Shown here: positions 37,853 through 50,002 of the stretch, piece by piece
Position numbering within the stretch: position 1 is the first letter of the stretch
Layout of the letters: every line of letters starts with the position of its first letter
Assembly (NCBI RefSeq): GCF_964204645.1
Contig: NC_134028.1
Coordinates: 17,429,653-17,493,652 of the forward strand
Source: Tubulanus polymorphus
Lineage: Eukaryota > Animalia > Nemertea
Length of the DNA: 64,000 bases
Direction of reading: 5' to 3'
The notes under the pieces: model-generated
What the model saw: only the letters and a program-made list of their open reading frames with translations
What the model was told of the DNA's origin: nothing
Database searches by the model: none
Position numbers and translations under genes: made by a program

Positions 37853-40800
37853 ATGCCACGGCGTTGTTTGTACTACAATTGTAGTACACAAGATTCCTTG
37901 TTATACAAATGGCCGCGTGATCCAAATATTGCTAGAGTATGGACTGCTTTTGTGAGTAAAAAGCGAGCACAATGGAAGCCTTCGTCATCAAGTGTGCTCT
38001 GTAGAAAACATTTCACAACGGAGGCCTTCGACAATTACATGGAGTAAAATGCTGGTTTTGCTAATAGGTTTGTATATTAAAAACATCAATCCCATAAAAT
38101 AAACTGATACCTTGATTCTACAGCTTTTGAAACAAATCATATTTAATTCACTTTCGAGTGACCTGGGTCTAAGTGTGTCATGTATAATCAGGCGACTTGT
38201 AATTAGTTTGGAAACAACTGACTATTATGATGCATTTTTCACTTCAGTCTTCGATTAAAGAAAGATTCTGTACCAACTTTGCATCTCAATGATTCTGTTG
38301 TGTCGAATTCTGTTGACTCGCCTCAGAAAGCAGATTTTTTGAGTCCGCAGATGCAGAAAGGACGTTCAGCTTTTGAAAAGAGACGGAGGCTAGCGATGGT
38401 CAATGATGCGACTCAACCAAGTGTAGCTGAACCAGAGCTTCAAAGTATTGACTTTGAAATTGATGGTGATGGCGATCTCGATAAGATGTGGGAAACTGTA
38501 GCTGTTCAAACTGAACCTATCACATCTAGTAAAGGTAATTACATCCATTCGAAATCATGAATAAGATAGTTGCCTACCTACTTTTAATTTCATATTTCAT
38601 TTGTTGATTATAGAAATTGAATTAGATTTGATCAGTATTATTCAAAAATATACTTTTAATTTCATATTTCATTTGTTGATTATAGAAATTGAATTGAATT
38701 TAATCATTATTATTTAAAAATATTTTTTCAGCAATCCAAACTCTCAAATGGAAACCTAAGTACTTTTGTCAACGTCGACATTTCCCAAAATATTCAAAAC
38801 CGAAAATCAAAAGCTACAAAATCAGACGCACCTCACGTGGGGTTCAATGTTCCCTTCTATCCCCAAAGACAAGACCCAAGAAGCGATACAGAAAGGCTAG
38901 TCAGAGCAGTGTCTCATCAAACAAGACAGATTCTGATGAAGAATATCGTCCAGAGTGCGACACGGAGACTGAATCGGATGATGAATTTCAAGAAGAAAGT
39001 TTGAAATTTGAAGAAATGAAGTAAGATGATCATTACATGTAGCCTACCCTCAAGTTAGATATCATGACATAGAAATTTGTATTTGATTTTGTCGAGAGAT
39101 CAATACTAAGATCTGTGAAATTATAGAAGTATTTTTACTTGCAGGAATGAAGATGACGTTGATTTTCAGGATCAGACCAAGTTTATTGTTTATCAGTCTG
39201 CTCTGCTGATACTATTTCAATTCTGCAGTATCTGCAAGGGTGAAAATCTTGTCTCGAAGAGTGTGTCTTCTACCTGTCTGACAGTTAGAACCCAGTGTAA
39301 GCTGTGTAACCACAGGACCACATGGAAAAGTGAGCCATCCATCAAGGGTATTCCCGTTACCAGTATATTATTGAGTGTTGGAATACTACTGACAGGAAGC
39401 CTAACAGCAAAGGTGATCAGGTTGTTTAAGTAAGTTGAAACCAATGCTTGTCATCAAATTGTGCCTCAATTTTCATCGACTTTTAAAAAATACATTTCAA
39501 TATATAATTTCAAACATTCATTGTCAATCCAGCTTCATAAAAATTCAGTGCCTTTCAACGCGAACAGTGTATAACCATCATTCGAAATACATCCATGCCG
39601 CTATACGACAAGTTTGGGAAAGGAAACGCGAGTCTATGCTTGATAGTCTCAAATCATCTCCACTGTTGATAGGAGGAGATGGACGCTGTGACTCACCTGG
39701 CCACTCGGCATGTACTGCTCATACTCAATAATGAATCTGGAGACCAATAAAATAATAACTTCTGAGTTAGTCCAAGTAAGTATGCCTTGTAGTTATTCAG
39801 GGTTTATGAATGTGGATTCGTTTTTAGGTATTTTGTTTTTTTAATGTATAATTCAGTCAAATGAAGTGACATCATCAAATGCGATGGAACTAGAAGGCTT
39901 AAAAAGATGCGCAGAAAAACTGAAGAAATTCAAAATCACAGCTCTCGTAACTGATATGCATTTGTCCGTTAGAAAATGGGCACGCGACACTTGGAAAATT
40001 CCACATTACTATGATACTTGGCATTGTGTCAAAGGTGCGTAAGTAACACAATTTTGTAAATGGTTTCTTAAGGCTTGTTCACAAAGATCTACGTTTTGTT
40101 TTTCATTTTATCTGTCAAGCAGTCACAAGAAAACTTGAACGCCTAGGAAAGCAAAAAGACATGGAGGTTATCAAAGAGTGGATACCCAATATCAAAGTCC
40201 ATTTGTACTGGTGTGCCCAATCCTCAGAATCAGGAGACCACGAGACAATAAAACAGAAATGGCTGACATGCATACAGCATGTTCAAAATAATCATGAGAA
40301 CTGTCTCCACGCATCATATTCTAAAAAAAAGAAATGGTTAATTCCAGGTATATTTTTCTATTCTCTATTTAATAGCTACCCGGTTAGATAATTAAGTGTA
40401 AATAATTGTTTTCATTTTGATTTATTGATCTTTTAATTTTTTAGGATCCAATGTTGCATCTGAATTTGAGAATCTTGCAACTATCACGCGGACAGTTAAT
40501 CAGATATCCAATATGTCTAGCTATGGACAAACCAGCAGTATCGAATGCTTTCATAACATCTTAAATCATTTTGCCCCTAAGATGATAGATTTCTTTTACG
40601 TCGGAATGCTCAGTAGGTATGTAAATACATGTAAAAATATGAATTTACAAAATCACATCATTGTTCTACCTGGTACATTATCATTCTATCTTCATTTCAA
40701 ATTCCATTAGGATCTGTATAGCAATACTTCACTATAACGAAAATTCTGAACGAATTCAAGCTGAAACGAAGACTGGTAATCAGCGATGGCAGGTGCACTA

Positions 40801-41172
40801 TCCAAAGTATAAAGATGGTCACGTTTTAAGAAAAATTCTGACAAAAATCACTCATGGTAGGCTGAACCTAACAAAGTGTGATATTTTTTACTAAAAATTA
40901 CTCGGGTTCATTAAAAAAAATTTTTTTTCAGATTACGTCAAGTTATGCTTTGCAGAAGTTTTTAACAACATAAAGAGACGCCCGCATGATTCCTCTAAAA
41001 TAAATGTACCAGCCACATTGATCGCGGATCGCAAAACGGTAGTTAAGGATGAAGCAGTAATCTACCATACATCAAGATTCAAGAAGGTTACCGAAAAGGT
41101 CAAAGGAAAATCAAAATCAACTGTCCTCGCTACTCAACCTAAAAAGCGAACACCGAATCTATTGATGACGTG
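37853..41172 (+). pseudogene. Kolobok transposase (THAP + DDE), about 10 exons, premature stops
   Basis: THAP MPRRCLYYNC..WP..W..LCRKHF; GDGRCDSPGHSA; SSNAMELEG; LVTD.H; HYYDTWH; QTSSIECFHNILNHFAPK; LHYNEN. Confidence 0.88.
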
Positions 41173-41382
41173 ATTCGCGAGGTTCTGGAAAGTGACTTGG
41201 TTGACAATTAATAACCACTTGACTATTTACTGCTGTTATAGCTATCATTGTAGTTATTTGAATTCCTTGTTACTCGGCTCAAGATGACATGATTGACAAC
41301 TTTTTTAATGCAAAATATATACAAATCATTTATTCTTGTAAATTAATAAAATATTTTATACATTGCAACTAAAAATTGCGTT

Positions 41383-42349
41383 TTAGTTTTCTAATGGAGG
41401 TAGACTGAATCCTCTGAATTGCTGATCCTCTTCGAGGACATCTTCTTTTGGGAAATGTGCCCTGATGCATGACACGATACATGCAGGCAATATAACTCTA
41501 TTGTTTATGCCGCAGAATCCCCAGCACCATCAAACACACTGTCTATATGCAATGTGCCTATATTTGTCTGGTAAAGGTCCCTCAAACGCTTTACGGCCAT
41601 ACTGCGAACGAAACCCATACCATGCCGAAACATCCAAACACACTGACTGAAATGATGGCGTATCAGTCATGCAAGTGAAATGGTCGTCTCCTGGTCTTGC
41701 ATTGAGCTGGTCTAATTTATTTTTGACCTTGGGAACCTCATGGCAGCAGATACACTCTGGCTCAGTGTCCAATATCTGGCAATGAGAGCAATGACACCTA
41801 GGAAAGAGAAAATGATTTTGAATTACCACGTTCAGTCTGCAAATTGAAAGTTAAACATCCCTAGAAACTAGCTAACACAAAGATGTATGCTACGCCTCGC
41901 TCGAGTAACGTACTACAACAACTATTGTTGAGTTCGATGACAATAACATAGGCCTATTGTGAGCAGTGAGTAATAGGCCTACCACGTTGTAATAAAAGTG
42001 TATGGTTAGTTAGACAATACTTTTTCTTAGGAATGCCGTGAATAAAATATTTGACCTTATTATGAATAGTTTTTTTTAAACAATAGTTATTCATTACCAT
42101 TCATCTTGGCGATCCACGTCTAATCTATTCAGTCTATCCGGCCTGTCATCAGGTCGGTCGCCCTCTTCCGAGTCGGATGCATCTGGCTCATAGAAAATAT
42201 GGATCTAGAATTGGTTCTGCCACGTTTACAGTCTCCACAGATAATTCACTGCCCGACTCACTGTCTTCCCTTTCAATATAATTATTATCTGACGAAGAAT
42301 CTTCTGAACTTTCATCACTGTTGCTTATGTTGTTAATTGTATCCGCCAT
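41383..42349 (-). pseudogene. KolX-type protein with P2X7 C-terminal (ballast)-like Cys-rich domain; exons about 42349-42098 and 41798-41383
   Basis: Acidic N-terminus, then W|CHCSHC..ECICCHE..CMT..FQSVCL..YRHIAYRQ..WCWG..RVILPACIVSCIRAHFP..FRGF. Contains an internal stop. Confidence 0.88.
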
Positions 42350-42571
42350 GTTTGTTTACAAAGTAACTTCTCGCGCTGACGTTTACTCACGTGACCTGCT
42401 CATTACACGTGGTCAGAGTAAACTAAACAGCGGAGATCTTTCAAAAGTTAATTTTTTTGGTTAAAAAAACTTCATGTAAATATTTTTAGGAGTCAATATG
42501 GAATATGTGTTACTTAATCAACAGTATAGTGAAAAAATACGATGCATATTGGAATAGTGTTCAGTAGTCCT

Positions 42572-43690
42572 TTAATTGCGCTTCAGATATAATATAAATG
42601 TGCATTTAAGAAATTTAAGCTTCCTTTTTTCTTTTTCATGAATAATTGTATCCCATCTTTTGTATTTTGTAGTTTTTTCCCCAGAACCATGTAATAAATT
42701 ATCCTCTGTCGTTCTAAAATCTAACCATAATGCATATTTATTACCGGTATAATAATCAATTTGATTAATATTACAATTTTCAGATGATTTATTTTTTTCA
42801 TTCATAAAATGTTTTCTAATTTCTGGCCACTGATCTATCATTCTCGTTCCTTGACAAAATATTTTATTTGCTATGCCTTCGATAGTTATTTCTACTTTTG
42901 TTATTTCAGGATTATAATACTTATCAACCTGTACTGCGCCATTAGAATATGTAGCAATGGTAACAAATATCAATACACCTTTAATAGATCTTCTTGGGAA
43001 GTTAATATTCTCATTAATTATTTCATCATTTGCATTAATATTTAAAGTTTTAAATTTATCAATATAATCATATAATAATGAAAATCCTTGATTGTATTGA
43101 GTTTGAATTATGCTAGCAATATTTTCATCAGTTACTGTATCATATTCTAAACATATATTCGATAATTTATATCCCATATCTTTAACAACGCTAGATAATA
43201 CTATTTCATTAACAGGGGCAAATGTTATCTCGAATATAATATCTTCTTGAATTGCATATTTATATAAAGGTGCATTATTATTTATCAATTCAAAATCTAA
43301 TGGAATTTTATATTTGCTTCCATGAATCTTTTTTATCAAATTATCTGTAGCATTAATTATTATTGCATTATTAGCTTCTGATCTTAATTCATTATGGTTT
43401 TCTGATTGGATTCCTTGAAATATCATATTATTTCTATTTTCTTTTGTCAACCATCCAACACTATCAACAACATAATCATTATCATGGCCAGTTACTTTTA
43501 TAACAGCTGATAAATAAATACTATTTGGAACTTAAAAAGTATTTTGATTTAATCTCGGGATTCTAACATATAAAGTTTCATCAGGATTAATATTAGAAGG
43601 ATTATGAGTAATTATGTGATGAGATCTCCCTGCTTTAATAGCATTAGATATTCTAGAATTCTTAGAAGGATTTATGTAACTCTCACTCAT
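42572..43690 (-). pseudogene. Polinton major capsid protein; last 13 codons and stop displaced to 37558-37517
   Basis: THNPSNINPDETLYVRIP; YKIPLDF; YKLSNICLEYDTV; RSIKGVL; YNPEITKVEITIEG; KYALWLDFRT..LHGSG; MHIYIISEAQL|SIVNSQLNSVME*. Confidence 0.88.
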
Positions 43691-43706
43691 TTATTTAAGA
43701 GAAAAA

Positions 43707-45121
43707 AATTGATTATTTATTTTGGATCATATTCAAACCCAAAAATAATTGCACTTACAACTGTAATTAAAAATAAAATAATACGTTCAGCAGCAAAGTT
43801 AAGAATATTCCCAGCAGATTTCAATATAAAACCAACAAACGATGCTATAATTCCGGGTAAAGCTGCAGCAGATTTTTTAGATAGTTACCATAGATATTTT
43901 GCTAATTGCTTTAAACCATCTTTAACTTTATCCTGTATAGAATTATTATCATTTGGAGGTTTATCCGGTTTATTGGGTGTAGGCCTAGATTTTAATGAAG
44001 TTGATATTGCTAAACCTATTGTTGTGAATACCATAGTTACAGCTGTTAGAATTGAAAGAATTGTTATACCTTCTAGTTTAAATAATAATTTTATTCTATC
44101 TTTTAATGATATTTCAGAAATTGGTTTTATCAACAAATCTTTAAAAATAACTTTTAATCCATTAATATTATAATCACATGATTTTTTTGATAATTTAATT
44201 TCTTCTTTCTGAAATTCTATGTTATATTCTAAATCATCTTTTTCTTTTTTTAAATTCGATTTCTTCAATAACTTTATTATCTCTATCTAATTTTAATTGT
44301 TCTATTTCTCAAATTTTATCAGTTCTATCTTTTTCTTAAGTTCTAATTTTAAAATCTCTTATACTTTTATCACGTACAATTTTATCAGATGCAAGTCTTT
44401 TACTGATAATTTATCTAATTGCTTTATCAGAAAATATATTTAAATCTTCTAATTCTTGATCTGTTGCATCAAGTAATCCATTTGGTAAAAGTTTTTCAAT
44501 TAAAACTTTATTTGATTTAAGTTTACCAGAAGTTGTTTCTGTTTCTACATTATTATTGATTGTTTCAAATAAGTCATTAATTCTTTGTTTAAATACTCTT
44601 TTATTTTGATTTATTTCTTCTTGTGTAACATTTTCTATTTCATTATTGCTTATTGTTTTAATTCTAGATGGTTCTAAATTACTCAATGTTGATTCTGCTA
44701 AAATGTTTGTTTTGTTTTTTATAAGAGGTATCAATATAATAATCATCTTTCAAATGATAATAATATTCACCATCTAAAAATTTTAATTCTCTTACTAAAT
44801 ATCTAGCACCTCTATCATTTATATTATATCCAGATCTTTCAAATATAGGTTTGAAATTATAAATATATTCATTATATTCTAAATTTTGTTTTACTAAATC
44901 TGGATTTTCATTTTCGGGATTTATTCTCGATTTAGGTTTTTTTTATCAAACTCGTCTGTTGACGGGGCTTTAGAACCACTATCTGCTAAATTAGAATTAT
45001 ATGCTGACCCATCATCATTATCAATATTAGTTTCATCATCATTATAATCATCATCAATATATCCTTCATTATTATTTCCCATTTCTCCCATTTCATAAGC
45101 TTCTCCACCTTCTACATCCAT
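43707..45121 (-). pseudogene. Polinton protein with acidic N-terminus, coiled region and C-terminal membrane helices
   Basis: Fragments MDVEGGEAYEMGEM.., LEGITILSILTAVTMVFTTIGLAI and KSAAALPGIIASFVGFILK, joined across frameshifts. Confidence 0.65.
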
Positions 45122-45137
45122 TTATATCTTATAAAAA

Positions 45138-46145
45138 TTAAAATCTAAAATACGATATTCCTCCTATTACAATTCCTATACAAGTTATAGCTAATTTAGT
45201 ATTTTCATGGGATTTATTATCATTATTAGTTTTAATTATTTCATGTTGAATATTATCAGTTTTTATAATTTCTGTAGTATTGTAATCTTTTATTTTAGAA
45301 TCATTATCCAATTTGATATTCTTAGTTTTAGTTTCTGTTGATTGAATATGTTTTTTAATTTTTTCGCCTTCCATTAATTTTGGAGCAGTGATAATCTTTT
45401 TATTTATGTCATTTAATCCAAATGAATTGTTTATTGTTGCAGTCTTAATCAAATTATTGCAACCAATTATATTTCCCATTTTTAAAACTAAATCATTAGA
45501 AATAATTAATAAATTAGGGCCTATACATTAATTTAATCTAATATGTGATTTATCTAAATAATTTTGGTACCTGACTATATTTTCTGGAATCGATCTATTT
45601 TTATCATTATGAATGGAATCTTTGGAATAATACTTTGAATTGTTTTTTTGTATCAAATGAAGTATTATCATTTCCAACTATTGGTTATCTTGTTTCAACT
45701 TTCGCACCAAAAATACAAATCAAATATATTCTATTTCATTTAATATTATTCGGATTCGAAAATATGTGTGAAATCTAAATATTGTGTGAATAAATTTTAA
45801 ATCACAATAATTCAAATTTTTATCTAAGTTATTTAAATGATTATTCCAACTTATACCACCGCCTGTTGTTGCACAATAAACAGCAAAATTCAATTGGTTC
45901 TGCCAATATTTCGTATTAGATTTTACTTTATATATATGATATTCATCTCGAGTAAAAGTAACTTCATATGTATTAAATATATTTTCCATTTTAGAAATAA
46001 AAAACTGTGTTTCAGTAACATAAATTTCTAGATTAATTAATGAATTTAAAACTAAATTTTTATATGTAATATTTTTATTAAAATATATTGCAGGAATATT
46101 ATATTTAATTGATTTATTATATTGGAAAGCTTTTGGAAACCCCAT
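45138..46145 (-). pseudogene. Polinton/adintovirus-type ORF of unknown function, internally deleted
   Basis: YWQNQLNFAVYCATTGGGISW..FRFHTYFRIRIIL, with a C-terminal hydrophobic tail. Confidence 0.6.
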
Positions 46146-46149
46146 TTTT

Positions 46150-47550
46150 ATAATAAAAAAATTAATAATTCACTAATTCTTTTAATAATTTAAATTGTTC
46201 TTCAACTGTTATATTACCATTTAAACTTATTATATAATCTAATGTACTTTTTAATTTATTAATTTCTTTTATATTAGATTTTATTTTTTCTTTATAACTT
46301 TTTGAACTTATGCCGGTTAATACACTTGAACTTAAACCTAAAGCTCCAATTGAGATAGCTAAAGGTGTTAATGGTGAGAATAATGCTAAAAATGTTATTA
46401 CAGAACTAATTGTTACTGAACCACTGATAATAAAATAATTATAATTTTAGATTTTAAATATTTTTTCTTTTTAACTTTTAAATCATTTTCAAATTCTAAT
46501 ATTTGTTTTTCCAAATATAATTTTGATTTAGTTTTATTTATATCATGAGAAATAATATCAATATTATCAACTTTATCATCCAATTATTTAGAAAAGAAAT
46601 AACTAATTAGTAAATTTATATGCAACAAATAATACAATAACAGTTCCACCTAAAATCCAAATTATTTCATATTTCTGTTGTTCTTTACTTGGTGTATAAT
46701 AATCTGATAATTTGGGTTTGTATAGATGTAATTTTTCTTTATTTGTAACTGCATTATATAAACTCATAGCTTCATCAACTGATTGAAAATCTCTATGTGT
46801 AATTTCTGGTTATATGATTCTTTATTGATGTAATCCATATAGTTTTGTCTGTTTTCTCTATATTCTTCTGCTGCTTTATTATACTTTTCTAACGATAAGT
46901 TGTTTTTTTTTGTTCTGATAATGGACCATTTTTATCAATATGCTTGAATAAATAACCACCACCAGTAAATGCTAAAGCATTAACAATTGCCGATCCTATG
47001 ATAGTTATAATTGCAGATGCCATTTATTTAGTAAAAAATTACGCTTTTATATAGGAGGAATATATTTTTGTTTTTCTAAATAATCAATTGTTAAATTAGA
47101 TAAAGTAACTGCTAACTTTAATTTTAAAATATCATTGATATCAAATCTATCAACATTAACACTTCCCATTTTGAATACTTTTTTAAATACTATTGAATAA
47201 CCAACAGTTCCAACTGATAGTAATGCTCCATTATATAACCCAGTAATTATCCACTTATTATCACAAAAAAAATTACCATCTTCAAAATATTTAGTTAACT
47301 TAGTTAAAATTATTTCAACATTTATTTCATTACTACTTTTATGATTATCATATATTTCAGTTAATATGTTTTTAATATGATCGATAATTCCATCTTCATT
47401 TAATTCATAATATTCTAAGGGTGTTCTAATTAAATCAATTACTTTTTCTATATTATAATTTTCTTTATTAATCATTGATGCATTGTTAAATGATTTACTT
47501 TTTATATCAGTAATTACATCATTAAGTTTAATTCTCATTTCTTTACCATG
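46150..47550 (-). pseudogene. Cluster of about four small, mostly hydrophobic Polinton ORFs
   Basis: MDDKVDN..LTPLAISIGALGLSS; MASAIITIIGSAIVNALAFTGG..LSDYYTPS; ..TIDYLEKQKYIP; MVKKMRIKL. Confidence 0.55.
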
Positions 47551-47615
47551 TTTAAAATCAAACCCAAAACATATACTCGGCCCAACAGTTATATTCAGTT
47601 ATATAGTTAAAATAA

Positions 47616-48373
47616 TTACTCTTTACATCTTAAAACTAATTCATAAATTACAGGAAAGTTATTCAAATCAATTACGTATCCATTGTGATTTCTAATTTCT
47701 AATCTAAAATTATTAAATTGAGGAATGCATGGTTTGAAATCGCATTCGGCTAAATTATAATTTATTTGAGTTCCAAATTCTTTAACATTCTTCAATGGTA
47801 AAATATTCAATAAACCAGAATTACAAATTGTATCTTTAGTTGCTTCTAATGTTTTTGTAGGATCAATTAAACTGCAATAAATATAAAAGTGTGTAAAAGG
47901 CATTAAGTTTGGTGTAGCATCAGCATTACGTATCCTTACATCCGGGGTTATTCTTAAAATTTTAGCTAAAGGTTTTTTAACTAGAAATTGATGCTGATCT
48001 TCATTGCCTAATTGTATTCTTACTCTATCAGAGCTATCACTTTTAATAAGTCTTAATTCAAATCCAGCAGATGCACCCATTTTTGAGCGTGCTCTTTTAT
48101 TAATTTCTTGGCTAATGTTTCTAAATTATATAATCCTGGTTTTAGATAAAGATGAAACCATCTTTTCTTATTTCTGTCATGAATTAAAAAGACTCTATGT
48201 TCAATAGATTTATCCGATATATTATAAAAAGAATTACATAGACTTACATTTATTAATTTCAAATCTACACAATTTTTAAATTCTCTATCTAATTGTACTA
48301 ATAAATTATGTGATTTATAATCTGTATGTCTTCTTGAATCAACAAATATTCTATATTCTTTTAATTCTACCAT
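47616..48373 (-). pseudogene. Polinton minor capsid (penton-like) protein, one frameshift
   Basis: IFVDSR..NSFYNI..KPGLYN..LAKIL..FYIYCSLID..LLNILP..FRLEIRNHNG.VIDLNNFPV.YEL. Confidence 0.8.
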
Positions 48374-48388
48374 TTAATTTACATATTT

Positions 48389-48735
48389 TATTCGAAATCT
48401 ATTTCATGGTGCCCGTTTTCATTCTTACCCTTATATATGAAATAGAAATCACCAGAACATAATTCTTCTAAATCTTCACTTGATAATCTATGAAATCTAT
48501 CTGGTAAATATGTTCTGAATTTATTTTATTTCAATCCTTCATATTCTAAGTGAATAACTAATTTATCTCCATATTTGTTAGTAACTGTATCAATATTTGT
48601 AATTAAATATTTCTTATGAATTGTTTGTTCATTTAACTTCTTAAATTTTATAATCTACAGATTTAGCATTTGTGATATCTTTAATTCTATCTAGAAATGA
48701 TTTGATGTTCTCACTGTATATTTGTTTACTCTCCA
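48389..48735 (-). pseudogene. TKYG-family small protein, divergent paralog
   Basis: MESKQIYS..TVTNKYGDKLV..FRTYLPDRF..FIYKGKNENGHHEIDFE. Confidence 0.65.
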
Positions 48736-48966
48736 TTTTAATAACAAATTTTTTTATTAAAATGGATTTTAGAAGTTATTCATTTATAAATGTTAATCAT
48801 TTATATGTTATTCATATATATATATGAATATTAAAGTAATTGGTAATATAGGGGTTCAGGTTACAGGTTGAGAGGGCGAGTGAGTAGAAAAATAAATTCG
48901 AGTGTGCGAGAATTTATTTTTCTACTCACTCGACCTTTGGCCTGAACCCCTATATTTCCACTTACT
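48736..48966. repeat. Polinton terminal region ending in a 132-bp imperfect palindrome (48835-48966)
   Basis: AGTAA..AATATAGGGGTTCAGG..CGAGTGAGTAGAAAAATAAATTC / GAATTTATTTTTCTACTCACTCG..CCTGAACCCCTATATT..TTACT. Confidence 0.82.
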
Positions 48967-49577
48967 AACACTGAGTAGTAGAATTCGTTTTCGTACTCTG
49001 GTCTCTTAGACCTTGAGATCTAGCATAAGATTGATATCGCTGCTTTGGTTGTATATTTGAAAATTCATGCTCTGTCTGCTTACTTTGGGTGTACCACGCC
49101 GGCGCGTAAGTGCTAGACACATTTGCAGTTTCTTGGATGGTTTCTTCGTGGGTGTGTGAAGCATGACACACGTGCTATTCCGATATGAGATGTAGTTTTA
49201 AAACAAATAAATTACTAAATTGACAATTAAGCAATGCCTTCCAACGAAAACCATAGGGTTAGATAATTTTTATATTACAGTGAATATTTTGAAATTTCAG
49301 AAGAAAAACTAGGCATCTTGCACAAGTTATTTTGTACGAAAGGAAGCAAGTATCATATGCGTAAGCAAAAACGGACTTTGCTAAAGCTAAACTCCAATAA
49401 GAGGCTTCAGGTCTCAGAATTCAGACCAAAATTGACCTTTTGGCGAACAAAAAAGGTGATAGGATGACCGTCTTATTTTCAATCAAACCAAAACAACCAC
49501 CAATCAGCCATCTTGAATCTAACACGGTTAGTTGTTGGGCTGAAGAGATGTCTAGGATGTAGAGATTAATGTATATA

Positions 49578-50002
49578 GCAACAAGAAAATTAATTTTAAT
49601 TAATCATTTGACGAAAAAATGTAGAATTTTGGGTTAAGCTAATGTTGGTTTGCAAATTTGAAATCAAAGTTTTAAGAAATTTGGGGAATTATGAGAATTG
49701 GCGAGTAGGTGATACAGGCCTTCGACTGTAAATAGTGGTTTAATCTTTTATTGAAATTTGTCAATAACGATAACTTGTGACCGACTTCATTTCACTTATG
49801 CTCTAAGCTGATCTGCAACTTCATTGTCTCCATGGCCGAGGAAAGAGCTCTTCTGATATCTGATTCATCATCACTTTGGAGCATATCGTGTGGCCTAGCC
49901 CAGTCAGTTTGGCTGCCACTCGATATCCTCTTGAGTCTGGGTTGAAGTACTGAGACATGTCATTTTAAATAACTTGTTCATCTTATTCTGTATTAATTAC
50001 CC
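49578..50002. repeat. Interspersed repeat, direct copy at about 56356-56740
   Basis: CAACAAGAAAATTAATTTTAAT...TTATTCTGTAT..ATTAC is shared. Confidence 0.85.

Larger units (their letters stand above)
37559..42571. mobile_element. Kolobok DNA transposon, both ends present (5013 bp)
   Basis: 14-bp TIRs AGGACTACTGAACA / TGTTCAGTAGTCCT; TTAA TSD at 37555-37558 and 42572-42575; two convergent intron-containing genes. Confidence 0.92.

Noticed and set aside
41383-41829. Host P2X7 receptor gene
   Set aside because: Only the cytoplasmic Cys-rich domain is present, with no channel exons, and it lies inside Kolobok TIRs.
43604-44173. 189-aa plus-strand ORF
   Set aside because: It is the antisense shadow of the minus-strand membrane protein and capsid genes and has no motifs of its own.
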